Shown: piece by piece, positions 54,036 through 64,000 of the stretch
Position numbering within the stretch: position 1 is the stretch's first letter
How the letters are laid out: the number at the start of each line of letters is the position of its first letter
From: Lobosporangium transversale
Taxonomy: Eukaryota
Reading direction: 5' to 3'
DNA length: 64,000 bases
Assembly: GCF_002105155.1 (NCBI RefSeq)
Contig: NW_019028989.1
Coordinates: 310,001-374,000, forward strand
Notes under the pieces: model-generated
What the model was told of the DNA's origin: nothing
Database searches by the model: none
What the model saw: only the letters and a program-made list of their open reading frames with translations
Made by a program: the position numbers and the translations under genes

Positions 54036-55424
54036 CTAGAAGCTGATTTTGGTTCTCCAATAGTCTTGGATGCACTGTTTGTAGTTGGAATGCTGTAGAG
54101 CCACCCATGTTGCCTCAGAGATATCGAAGCCTTCCCATTGAACCAGAAACTCCATGTCCTCACCTTCCCCGCGATGGTCTAAAATCCTAGCAACCTCGTA
54201 TCCCTCCTGCGCTGTCTCTGCCATAGTCTCATCTGCAGTGTCTAGTATGTTAGGCTGCGAACTAGCTACAGATAGGAACGCTTCTTGTAGTTCTAAAAGA
54301 CTTCGACCATGATTTAGTTTGACTTTGATGCTGGGGAGCTTCTCATAAGCAACCTGATACTCATTATTGTCTGGAAAGTCAAACGCATCTTGCATCCAGA
54401 ATGTGTGGTGCGTCTGAGTGGGGATATTATGGATTGACACGACTCTCTTGATATTCATAAGCAGGCAACAAAGCTTGAATTGGAGATCAAACGTCTTTGC
54501 GTCTGAGAAACGGATGGGAGCGTCGTGTGTGAACTTGGAGAAGGTGGATTGCATGTCTCCAAAGCACCCTTCGATGCTTGACCGAAACCCACCAAACGCT
54601 TTATTGTAATGTAACTCTTGGTCTGTCATGGCGATCCCCCTAGTCTTGCGCACAGGATAAGAGAAATTTTCGTAGGACAGTGCATTTGATGGTTCGACAA
54701 TTTGTCTAACGAACCCACTGTAGCCACCGTCAAGAGCAACACAGTCCAGCTTGTGTATATGCGATGCAATGTTCATCTTCACAAGCATAGTCCCATCATT
54801 GAAATCTCGACAAGGAGCTGGCTTGGATGCAAACAATATGATATTGTTCATGTCTGAACACACTTGAATACGAAAACCCGACTTCTTGAGTTTATAAGAG
54901 TAGAGACTTGGCTTGTCAGCACCGATGTAGCTGACTCTTGTGTCATGTCCGTCTAGATTCAATGTCACATGCTTGAATGGATCAGGGTTGTTCTTGGCAA
55001 GTAGCAATCGTAGCTTCAAACTCGAGCACATATCTCTCATCATTGAGGTTATGTCATCATGTAGTTTCACAGGGTCCCGAAGATAAAATTCCCTGTGCAA
55101 GTCGTAAAAGGACGTCTTTGGTATGAACCTTGACATTGTAGACAATGAATCTCCTGTGATTAGTGCATACAGGAGCAGAAGACCCTTTTCGACATTACGA
55201 TATGGGCTACCATAGTCACGCACTCCAAATACTTGTGTCAGAAAAAAGAACGTAGGGATGAATCCTAGACGGTCAAGCACCATTGACTTGACGTGTGTTA
55301 CGTCAGATATCTCTTTCATCTCTGTGCGATGAAACTTGGCTTTCTTTATAGCTGGCCACTCCTCTTGCATGAACCTCCACTGAGCCTCAACAAGGCGTAC
55401 ATATTCCTCAGAAACAGCGCTCAT
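54036..55424 (-). CDS. PIF/Harbinger/IS5-like DDE transposase with C-terminal chromodomain (intronless)
   Basis: LNLDGHD, FNDGTML, VALDGGY, YNKAFGGFRSSIEGCFG catalytic pattern; chromodomain YEVARILDHR..EFLVQWEGF..EATWV..CIQDYW. Confidence 0.85.
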   Translation of the reverse strand: MSAVSEEYVRLVEAQWRFMQEEWPAIKKAKFHRTEMKEISDVTHVKSMVLDRLGFIPTFFFLTQVFGVRDYGSPYRNVEKGLLLLYALITGDSLSTMSRFIPKTSFYDLHREFYLRDPVKLHDDITSMMRDMCSSLKLRLLLAKNNPDPFKHVTLNLDGHDTRVSYIGADKPSLYSYKLKKSGFRIQVCSDMNNIILFASKPAPCRDFNDGTMLVKMNIASHIHKLDCVALDGGYSGFVRQIVEPSNALSYENFSYPVRKTRGIAMTDQELHYNKAFGGFRSSIEGCFGDMQSTFSKFTHDAPIRFSDAKTFDLQFKLCCLLMNIKRVVSIHNIPTQTHHTFWMQDAFDFPDNNEYQVAYEKLPSIKVKLNHGRSLLELQEAFLSVASSQPNILDTADETMAETAQEGYEVARILDHRGEGEDMEFLVQWEGFDISEATWVALQHSNYKQCIQDYWRTKISF

Positions 55425-55556
55425 ACAGATATACTCTTTGCAAGCTATTGGATATAAAGCGCTTTATTACAACTCCTCTATATTATTCCATGTGTTCACT
55501 TTATTTTCATCCTACCTATTCAAATATTCACTTCAATTTACAATCCATCCGAATAT

Positions 55557-56106
55557 GGCGACTGTTCGGACTCCATCTGATACTGTATAAACACCTGAAT
55601 ACTGCCACATGCTATTGACCACTCTACGTCCCTTAAACAATATTCTTAGCATACATCTGAACTTTTGCAAGGGATGTGTCAACACTTCGACAAACATGTA
55701 ACATTTAATGGCTACATCACAGCCCTTGGATTGTGGAAGCGCTGAAAGTATGCGGAAAACGGGAACCATTTGTGTTTTTACTAGCAACAAGCGTGGTTTT
55801 AAAAAAGTTTGCCTCCAAGGAACAAATCCTATATCCTTCATTGCTCAAAAGAGACAATCTTGTCTTTTCTGCACCCCAAAAGCTCGCCATAATCCTATTG
55901 AAGCGTTCAGAGGCATTATTTGCCTCATAGTTTGAGGATTAGCAGACTTTCAGTCAAGTTTTATTGTTTTGAACAACACAGTAAATCCTGGCCATTCGAA
56001 TTTAATCCCTTTGGATGGCAGCTATTCAGGGGATGCTAATCAATTCTGCTAAACTATGGTGAAATCAGAGCAGATTTGGAAAACCAACAAGCATCGAACA
56101 GTCGCC
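55557..56106. repeat. 550-bp direct repeat copy 2 (MITE-like)
   Basis: Near-identical to 43777-44326, same orientation, same 12-bp TIR. Confidence 0.92.
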
Positions 56107-56630
56107 TTATGTTACCCAATATATGGGATATGTACTTTACACATTGATATTAACAGCAATGCCATATCTAACGCGTCTCTGAAAAGAAAAGAAAAAACAA
56201 AAACAAAAACAAAAACAAAAGTCCAGTTGAAGTTGATTGCTGTAAGTTAAAGGAGAGGCTCTTGCACGCACACATGCATAAGTTTTTGAATGGTTTACAA
56301 TGGCTGGCAAATTACAAAGTGAACATTACATAAATTGCACCTATACCGACTACGCGCTACAATCGTCTACTTCCTACACTATCGGTGGTACTGAATACCA
56401 TGAGAGAAATTGTTTGCTATTAAAAGCTCTAACATGTTGAAGGAGGGGAAATATAGTTTTGTAATTTCGTCCCATGGGAAGGGGATGCACGGTGCATGAG
56501 TATCTATTGAACGTAATACAATACGAAAAAAAGTAGATGGCTGTGAAGGAAGTGCCAAAACATTTGTATATACAGTTTTATGTGGTTCCGTAAGCTGAGA
56601 GCACGACATCGCCTTGTTGGAGCGATATTG

Positions 56631-57627
56631 ACTAACGCGCAAAAATGAGTGAGAGTTTTAGTTTTTTTTACTTTTACTTTAATGTCTCAATGAGAACTCG
56701 TTGCATCACCATGGATATTGGCTGTATGGTATCCTTTGGCCTTGGAAGAACTACCGGTTTAAGAGAATATGGTCTATCATCATCATTGTGATAGTGATAA
56801 GAGAAGTATAACTAGTCATTTACTCAGTTTTGAAGGCAAATTTTAGAAAACTCAACCCTTTGCTTTCTATTAGCTCTGGCCCGCTTGCATCAAAGCCCAT
56901 GCTTCCTATAGACTCGTCACCAGCCTAACTCCCTAAATACTACAATTCGTGTATCATAGAAGCAAGATTTCTTTTTGAGACCGATATGAAAAAAATGTTT
57001 GTGTAAAATCATATGGCGTAGAATATATGTCACAGAGCCACATACCTAGACCTCAGATCATCAGCTTTCCGTCTGAAGCCAATAGCAAGCTAAGAGATAT
57101 AGTTCCTATCTAATATATAGCAAATGAGAGTTCTTTTACAGTGCTTTGGTATTTGGCACTATCGCCTAATGTCATAGTATTCGGTAGCTCGAGGTTTGAG
57201 CTATCTTTCTTATCAGAATACTGTTGGTTGGTATGCCAAATGAAAAAGACAATCCAAAAATAATGTTTTCATATCGGTCTCAAAAAGAAATCTTGCTTCT
57301 ATGATACACGAATTGTAGTATTTAGGGAGTTAGGCTGGTGACGAGTCTATAGGAAGCATGGGCTTTGATGCAAGCGGGCCAGAGCTAATAGAAAGCAAAG
57401 GGTTGAGTTTTCTAAAATTTGCCTTCAAAACTGAGTAAATGACTAGTTATACTTCTCTTATCACTATCACAATGATGATGATAGACCATATTCTCTTAAA
57501 CCGGTAGTTCTTCCAAGGCCAAAGGATACCATACAGCCAATATCCATGGTGATGCAACGAGTTCTCATTGAGACATTAAAGTAAAAGTAAAAAAAACTAA
57601 AACTCTCACTCATTTTTGCGCGTTAGT
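56631..57627. repeat. Perfect 362-bp inverted repeat with 273-bp spacer (foldback element)
   Basis: 56631-56992 is the reverse complement of 57266-57627, with no mismatch seen by eye. Confidence 0.92.
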
Positions 57628-58794
57628 GAACTCTGATGAAAAGAATGAGGGAGGTTCTATCCAAGACACTAGAATAGCCAATTGTTATTAGCAGCAAAAA
57701 AAAGTCGATAATGATGGTCGTGCTCAGCTTAAAGCTTGCCATTTATCGTATGTATTTAGATATACAAATGAATATCTTAGAACACGCTTTCATTACCACA
57801 GAGTATTACAATACTTGACCAGCATTTTTTTTTACTTAACCTTAACAGCTCAGCAATCGGAAGAATGTTTCTTTATTTGTTTCCTCGTGGGCGCCACACT
57901 ATTTAGAACAACAAAGCCCTAGATTTTCCGAAATTCTCCATGACCTCCATCTCCCTCATTATAGCTCTGTCGTATACATCTTTAAGTTTAAAAAAATGCT
58001 CATGGCTCGATGGGCCCGACTGCACGCGAGCATTGGTATATCTGTGTGGAGAAGAGATAATGTCCAATTAGTGAAAATCGTAATTACCCTATCTTTTCTT
58101 TTTTGTTTTATATAGGCTATATATGGTGCGCTTTATCCAGCATGACCCATCTATCAAGGAGTAGATAGGCAGAGCTGATATATGTTGGATACATTTGGAT
58201 TGAAACAATGAGAAGTTATGACAAAGAGGAGAAATGAATGATAACCAAAACATGTCTCCTTTTACCCATATATTATTTTTGGTTCCCTTGAGGATTACAT
58301 GTTCTATTTGAGAATTAGGTTTTCTATCTTTGTGATATGCATGTATATCTGTGTGAATGGACTCATTTTCAGTTGAGAGAGAGAGATCAAAGGGGGTATG
58401 GCAGTCCAGAGTAACGGCGATCATGTGGGTCAATTTAGTATAAGATTAGAATTTAGTCGTGGAGTACCATGACTCGAAGCGAATGTGATACTAGGCGGGA
58501 AAGGAAAGCAAAAAAAAAAAGCAGGCACATACCCATGCATTCATACCCTAACATACCGACATAAAATTGGGAGATCGTTTCGGGTCTGTCTTTTAGTCTG
58601 TATACTTTGGAGGCGGAATAAAACGACAATACAAAAAAATTGATCGAGCTGTTATTCTTCTCTTTTTTCTTTTCTTTACTTCTCTTTCCATCAAAGTTTC
58701 CATTTTCACATTTGTACATTACTCTCCCACGCCTTTTCCCTCTTTATACATTCTATTCTCATAACTTATACAAAGTATATCAATACAAAAAGCC

Positions 58795-61502
58795 ATGTCT
58801 CTTAACAGTGCCCGTGTTGAGTCTTTGAAGGACATCATCACTCGTCCTACTCGCGTCATCTCATATCCAAAGAAGGCTGATGGCAAGCCTCTTTATACAT
58901 CTGAATTTTTCGGCGAGAATGTCTTCGACCTCCAACAGATCGCCAAGGCCCTTCCCAAGCCTGCCTATGCTTCCTTCTTAAAACAGATGCGTGGTCGCCA
59001 GGCTTTGGATCGCGCTACTGCGGATGCAATTGCCCACGCTGTCCGTATCTGGGCCATGGACCGTGGTGCCACTCATTTCACCCACTGGTTCCAGCCTCAG
59101 ACTGGTACCACTGCTGAGAAGCACGACGCCTTCTTGTCACTCAAGTCTACCTTTACTGCTGCAGGGGAGGAGGTATGCTAATGACTATGAAACAAAACCA
59201 CTTCAAGCTCAAATCCAGTGAATATGATCAATAGATGTATGAGGGGGCACAGCACTGGAAGAAGGGGAGGCGAAGGAACAGAAAAAATGGAAGGAAGGAA
59301 AAATTGAATCGGAATGAATCATAAGATTTTCTTATCTTTTTTTTATTATTGTCTTATCGGTGCACATTTTGGATGCTATTTTATTTGGTGGCGTCACGAA
59401 AAAAAACGAGAGCAATCAAAGCGATCAAGGATCGACATTGCAGCGTTACATTCATTTTTTCACTCCACAGCACAGACGTTTGCGCAAACATGTGTTTGGA
59501 TTATTTTCCCCTGGAGAAGAAAAGTCAAGCGAAAAAGACTATGTTTTAACAATTTTGTTTCCTCTCAATAATGTTCAAAAAAAAAAAAAAAAAAAAAAAG
59601 GTCACTGCTATTGATGCGTTCTCTGGCTCGCAGCTGATGCAAGCCGAACCCGATGCTTCTTCATTCCCATCTGGAGGCATGCGCACTACTTTTGAGGCAC
59701 GTGGATACACCGTCTGGGACACTACCTCACCCATGTTTATCCAGGAAGGCCCTCATGGCACCTCCATCCTATACATTCCTTCCGTCTTTATTTCTTATAA
59801 CGGTGATGCTTTGGATGAGAAGACAAATCTCCTTCGTTCCACTTCAGCCGTTTCAAAGTCTGCATGCGAACTCCTCAACCTCATTGATCCCGTCCCTGTT
59901 GGCGCCCAGCCCAAATTCAGCCATGTCTACACCACTCTTGGCACTGAGCAAGAATATTTCCTGATTGATCGCTCGCTCTACGCTCTTCGCCCCGATCTCA
60001 AGACCACCGGACGCACCTTGATCGGCAATCTGCCTCCAAAGCATCAGCAGATGGATGATCATTACTTCGGACATGTCCCCTCTAAGGTTATGGCCACTAT
60101 GTCCGAGGCTGAGCTCGAACTTTTCCGTCTTGGTGTCCCCGTCAAGACCCGCCATAACGAGGTCGCTCCTAAGCAATTCGAGCTTGCCCCTATTTTCGAG
60201 GAAGCTTCCTTGGCTGTTGATCATAATTTGTTGACCATGGATGTCCTCTCCAAGGTCGCTCATAAGAACAAGCTCAAGGTTCTCTTCCACGAGAAGCCTT
60301 TCAAGGGCGTCAATGGATCTGGCAAGCACTGTAACTGGTCGATGTCAACGGATCATGGTGAAAACTTGCTGGATCCCACTGTCAAGCCCGAGACCAACTA
60401 TCGCTTCTTGCTTATCCTTGTTGCCGTCCTTCATGCTGTTCAGCAGCATGGTGCTTTGTTACGTACCTCCATTTCTTCGGCCTCAAACGAGCATCGTCTC
60501 GGTGCTTGCGAGGCTCCTCCCTCGATTCTTTCTATCTTCTTGGGTCAACATTTGAATGAGGTCCTCAATTCGATCGAAGAGTCGCGACCCATTAAGAACT
60601 TCTCCGTCCCAGAAATCCAGACCATTAAGTTAGGTGGAACTGTTTTGGACGTCAAGGTGGCCACATTACCTAGCATCTCCCGTGACTTAACCGATCGTAA
60701 CCGCACCTCTCCATTCGCCTTCACCGGCAATAAGTTCGAGTTCCGTGCCGTTGGTTCTAAGCAGTCCCCTGCTTTCCCCGTCACTGTCCTCAACGCCGCT
60801 GTCGCCTCAGCTCTCCAGGATGTCACTGAAGCTCTTCGTGAGCAGATGGGTGACAAACCATTCCCCTCAGATGCTGACAAGTTGACTGTCATCAAAAAGT
60901 TCATTGCCTCCACCAAGAATATCCGCTTCGAGGGTGATGGCTATTCAGATGCTTGGATTGCTGAGGCCGAGAAGCGTGGTTTACCCAACATTAAGACCTG
61001 CCCCGAAGCCTTTGAGCAACTCTTGAAGCCCTCGCACGCCTCCATGCTCACCAAGTTGGGGATCTTTTCCCAATCTGAACTGAACTCGCGCTATTTTATT
61101 ATGAACGAGCGCTATGCTAAGGATCTCTTGGTTGAGGCCAATACCATGCGCACATTGCTTGCTCAGCAGATCTTGCCTGCTGCGTTTGAATATCGTGGTA
61201 GCTTGGCTAAATCTATCCAGATCTTGAATACCATCGAGGGCGAGCAGCAGTCGCCCGAGCTCGAGGCTCTCAAAGGCTTGACCCCTGTTGTCAAGGAACT
61301 CCAGGCGGCCATTGCTGGTTTGGATGAGGCCATTGCTAAGCTGCACGCCATCCACGATGATGCTGTTGCAGAGGCCAAGGCTGCCAGCGATTACATCCTC
61401 CCAGCAATGCAAGCCGCACGTTCTGCAGCTGACCATCTTGAAACCCTGACTGCTGACAGGTACTATCCCATCCCTCGCTACAGCGAGTTACTCTGGTTCT
61501 AG
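58795..61502 (+). CDS. Glutamine synthetase type III (2 exons; intron about 59173-59600)
   Basis: GSIII signatures GATHFTHWFQPQTGTTAEKHDAF, EPDASSFPSGGMRTTFEARGYT, GTEQEYFL, HEKPFKGVNGSGKHCNWS, DRNRTSPFAFTGNKFEFRAVG. Confidence 0.95.
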
Positions 61503-61724
61503 GCTCAAAACCTTATCGAAACGACAATAACCGAAAGATTGAAGCATAGAAATTAAATTCTTTCTCAATAAAAAAAAAAATTGCTTGAGGATTTTCATTT
61601 TTTGTCCGCTTTTATTTGTTTTAGTAGTAATATTTTACAAAGTCAATAGAGTAGCTTTTCTTTTGCAGGTACACATGTATTTTCAAGAAACGAACGAAAG
61701 CTGTATTGTATCATCCGTCCACTG

Positions 61725-64000
61725 TTACGAAGATTGGACAATTTCTTCCATAGCCATTTCAGGCAATGGACTCTTCTCTCCCTTTTTGGCAGCATCCAGT
61801 GCTACCTGACGTGATTCTTCTTCCTTATCCCCTAACTCTGCCCCATCTTTTATTGTATGCGAAGTAGGCGACGCCTGGGGTACCAGATCATCTTCGTCCA
61901 TTCCGGCTGGGGATGCAAACCGTCGACCATGGTCACTCCGAGCATTCTCAAGCAAGGATATTGATCTTGAAGTATGATGTTGCTGCGGTTGTTGTTGTTG
62001 TAAATATTCATGTGACGATGGCGCTCGAGACAGACTCTCATGATGAAGACTGCCTGTCACGCCCTCCATCCTGCTACCAGAGTTGTTTGAAGAGCGCTCA
62101 ACCGACACCTTTGTGGATGGATCCCAGTCCGCAGACGAGTGCACGGAAGAAGTGTGGCTGGGTGCTGAGCTACTGATGCTGCTCATGCTGGTACTGCTCT
62201 GTATACTGCTTGCAGTGCTGCTTCGGCTCGAAGTCCCGATGCTTGATACACTATTATTGATCTTGTAGTTTAGTTCTTGATCTTTGGCAGATATGGCAGG
62301 TGTAGTTGCTACTCCGCTACCCTCCTGCTTTTGCTGATTCGAAGTAGAGGCTGCCGCTGCCGCCGCCGCCGCTGCAGCCGCCGCAGCAGAGGCTTTGTGA
62401 CCACCACATCCTGCCCCTCCGCCACGACCTAAGTGTCTGCGCAATGCATCAGGTCGAATAAACTGGTGGTGACAGTACTGGCACTCGAAAGGTTTAATAC
62501 CTGTATGAAGCTTTGCGTGGCGGTTGCGATCATGCAAGCGTGAGAAAGCCAATGCACAAGTGTCGCACTTATAAGGGCGTTCAGCAGTGTGAACACGCAT
62601 ATGGGCCCTCAAATTGAAGGGACGAGTGAAGCTCTTGTTGCAGTTTGGATGTGGACATGTATGGCTCGCTTGGTTAGTTCTTCGAGCAGGCTTATCATTT
62701 TCATCTCCTCCTCCAGCCGTTGCAGAAGCTTCCTTAGTGTGATCAATATTAGATGTCTTGCCAGCAGTAGTTTCTTTGTTGTTTACGCCAGTCCGAAGCA
62801 AAGATTCTTGATGCTGGTGTGAGCGATTCTTTTCGACAGGTAGGGCGGATGCTTGACTATCGTAGTCATGCCGCTCAATTTCACTACGCGAATCATACAA
62901 CCTAGCAGCTTTTGATGTTGGGCCATCGTGAGGAGATATTTGATAGGATCCCGAGCGCTTCTGGCCAACTCCAACTTGTCCAGTCATTCCATGCCGATCA
63001 TTTGTTTCTGCAGTACCGTTGCCTTGACTACTAGGGCTGTGCGCACGGGTCCGCTCTTCTGGATGCGACGCTGATGATGTAGTATAGGGTACTGGAAGAT
63101 TCAATCCAAATGATGGCAGCATACGGTCCGATCGCCGTTCCTCATGATGGTCATAATGCTGCGGCGACTTCGGATGAGAAGGAGCATGATCGTATGATGA
63201 TGAGGATGGATACCGACTATGCGTGCTATTCCCATGCTGTTGTTGATGGCGATGCAGAGGCGAGCCTGGTCCGTTCATATTAGTGATAGGTGAGGAAGAG
63301 GGTGATGGTGGTGCGCGATGATACGATGAGCTGTGGTAGGACGAAGAACTTTGTTCACGATGGTCTGGCTCCAGCCGAATTGAAGGCAGGGAGCCTGCAC
63401 GTGTAGGATGAATATCCACTGGATGCAAGTATCTTCTAGTCCCGGATGATGATGATTGCGGATAAGGGCTTGCAAATGACTCCCTCAAAGGCGATGGCGA
63501 GCGCGTAGGTGCTCCATGAGAAGTCTGGGAATGTGAATGAGAGTGCATCGACTGCGAGGAAGGTCTCATGCGCATAGACTGCTGCTGCTGAGTTGACGAC
63601 ATTATATGTCTAGACGAGGGTTGAAGCTCGTGTAAACTATGTCCAGGGTCCCGATGGGTCTCTCCAAATGACGATTTCGAGTGGTCAAGAGATGCTGACT
63701 TGTGGTACATATTGCCATTGGATGAACGTGCCTTTTTTGCCTGGCTATAGACGGCATGCATGTTATCTTTAAGATTGTCATATGATGAAGATGCAGTCCT
63801 GGGTTGGATGTCAACATGCTGTCCTACTTTGGAGTGGTACATTTCAATGAACTCATGTGGAACGCCAGCAGCATCTGCAAACAAGTGGCGTGGAAGTGCT
63901 TGATGGCAGTTCATTGTCTCGGTAGAGGCTCCATAGCGTTCTAGTGTCTCAAAAAGTCCCGTATGGCCCAGCCATGCCGCATAATGCAGTGCTATATCCA
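61725..64000 (-). CDS. C2H2 zinc-finger transcription factor (probably 5'-truncated by the window edge)
   Basis: Three C2H2 fingers: CPHPNCNKSFTRPFNLRAHMRVH-TAERPY-KCDTCALAFSRLHDRNRHAKLH-TGIKPF-ECQYC. Confidence 0.88.
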   Translation of the reverse strand, partial: DIALHYAAWLGHTGLFETLERYGASTETMNCHQALPRHLFADAAGVPHEFIEMYHSKVGQHVDIQPRTASSSYDNLKDNMHAVYSQAKKARSSNGNMYHKSASLDHSKSSFGETHRDPGHSLHELQPSSRHIMSSTQQQQSMRMRPSSQSMHSHSHSQTSHGAPTRSPSPLRESFASPYPQSSSSGTRRYLHPVDIHPTRAGSLPSIRLEPDHREQSSSSYHSSSYHRAPPSPSSSPITNMNGPGSPLHRHQQQHGNSTHSRYPSSSSYDHAPSHPKSPQHYDHHEERRSDRMLPSFGLNLPVPYTTSSASHPEERTRAHSPSSQGNGTAETNDRHGMTGQVGVGQKRSGSYQISPHDGPTSKAARLYDSRSEIERHDYDSQASALPVEKNRSHQHQESLLRTGVNNKETTAGKTSNIDHTKEASATAGGGDENDKPARRTNQASHTCPHPNCNKSFTRPFNLRAHMRVHTAERPYKCDTCALAFSRLHDRNRHAKLHTGIKPFECQYCHHQFIRPDALRRHLGRGGGAGCGGHKASAAAAAAAAAAAAASTSNQQKQEGSGVATTPAISAKDQELNYKINNSVSSIGTSSRSSTASSIQSSTSMSSISSSAPSHTSSVHSSADWDPSTKVSVERSSNNSGSRMEGVTGSLHHESLSRAPSSHEYLQQQQPQQHHTSRSISLLENARSDHGRRFASPAGMDEDDLVPQASPTSHTIKDGAELGDKEEESRQVALDAAKKGEKSPLPEMAMEEIVQSS

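Larger units (their letters stand above)
43777..56106. mobile_element. Composite/nested DNA mobile element: primase-helicase, PIF/Harbinger-like transposase and Crinkler cargo
   Basis: Bounded by 550-bp direct repeats; four internal palindromic terminal-like motifs; contains only mobile, virus-like or effector genes. Confidence 0.7.

Noticed and set aside
43777..56106. LTR retrotransposon (550-bp direct repeats plus chromodomain)
   Set aside because: The repeats lack TG...CA ends and carry GGCG..CGCC TIRs; no gag, RT, RNase H or rve integrase is present between them

Overview
Eukaryotic, intron-rich fungal DNA. Gene content, intron style, Crinkler genes and the Fanzor type suggest Mortierellaceae/Mucoromycota (inference). 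Host genes: MEF2/RLM1-like MADS-box factor (truncated at left edge), SYG1/XPR1, an MSP-domain protein, PRP4, long-chain alcohol oxidase, BDP1, MTQ2/N6AMT1, U2AF65, a LIM-RhoGAP, TMEM164, a low-complexity orphan, type III glutamine synthetase and a C2H2 zinc-finger factor. Three accessory regions stand out. (1) 43.8-56.1 kb is a ~12.3 kb block bracketed by two near-identical 550-bp direct repeats, each with 12-bp TIRs. It encodes an intronless virus-like AEP primase/Zn-finger/UL9-type SF2 helicase, a PIF/Harbinger-type DDE transposase with a C-terminal chromodomain, a small coiled-coil protein and two Crinkler-type genes, and is punctuated by four copies of a GC-arm/AT-spacer palindrome. It is a candidate replicative, cargo-carrying DNA transposon. 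(2) 24.4-29.9 kb holds decayed genes in which an XPG/FEN1-like PIN nuclease precedes a Fanzor/TnpB-like RuvC-Zn finger region. (3) 56.6-57.6 kb is a perfect 362-bp inverted repeat containing a MITE terminus also found at 13.2 kb. Exon boundaries were read by eye and are approximate where stated.
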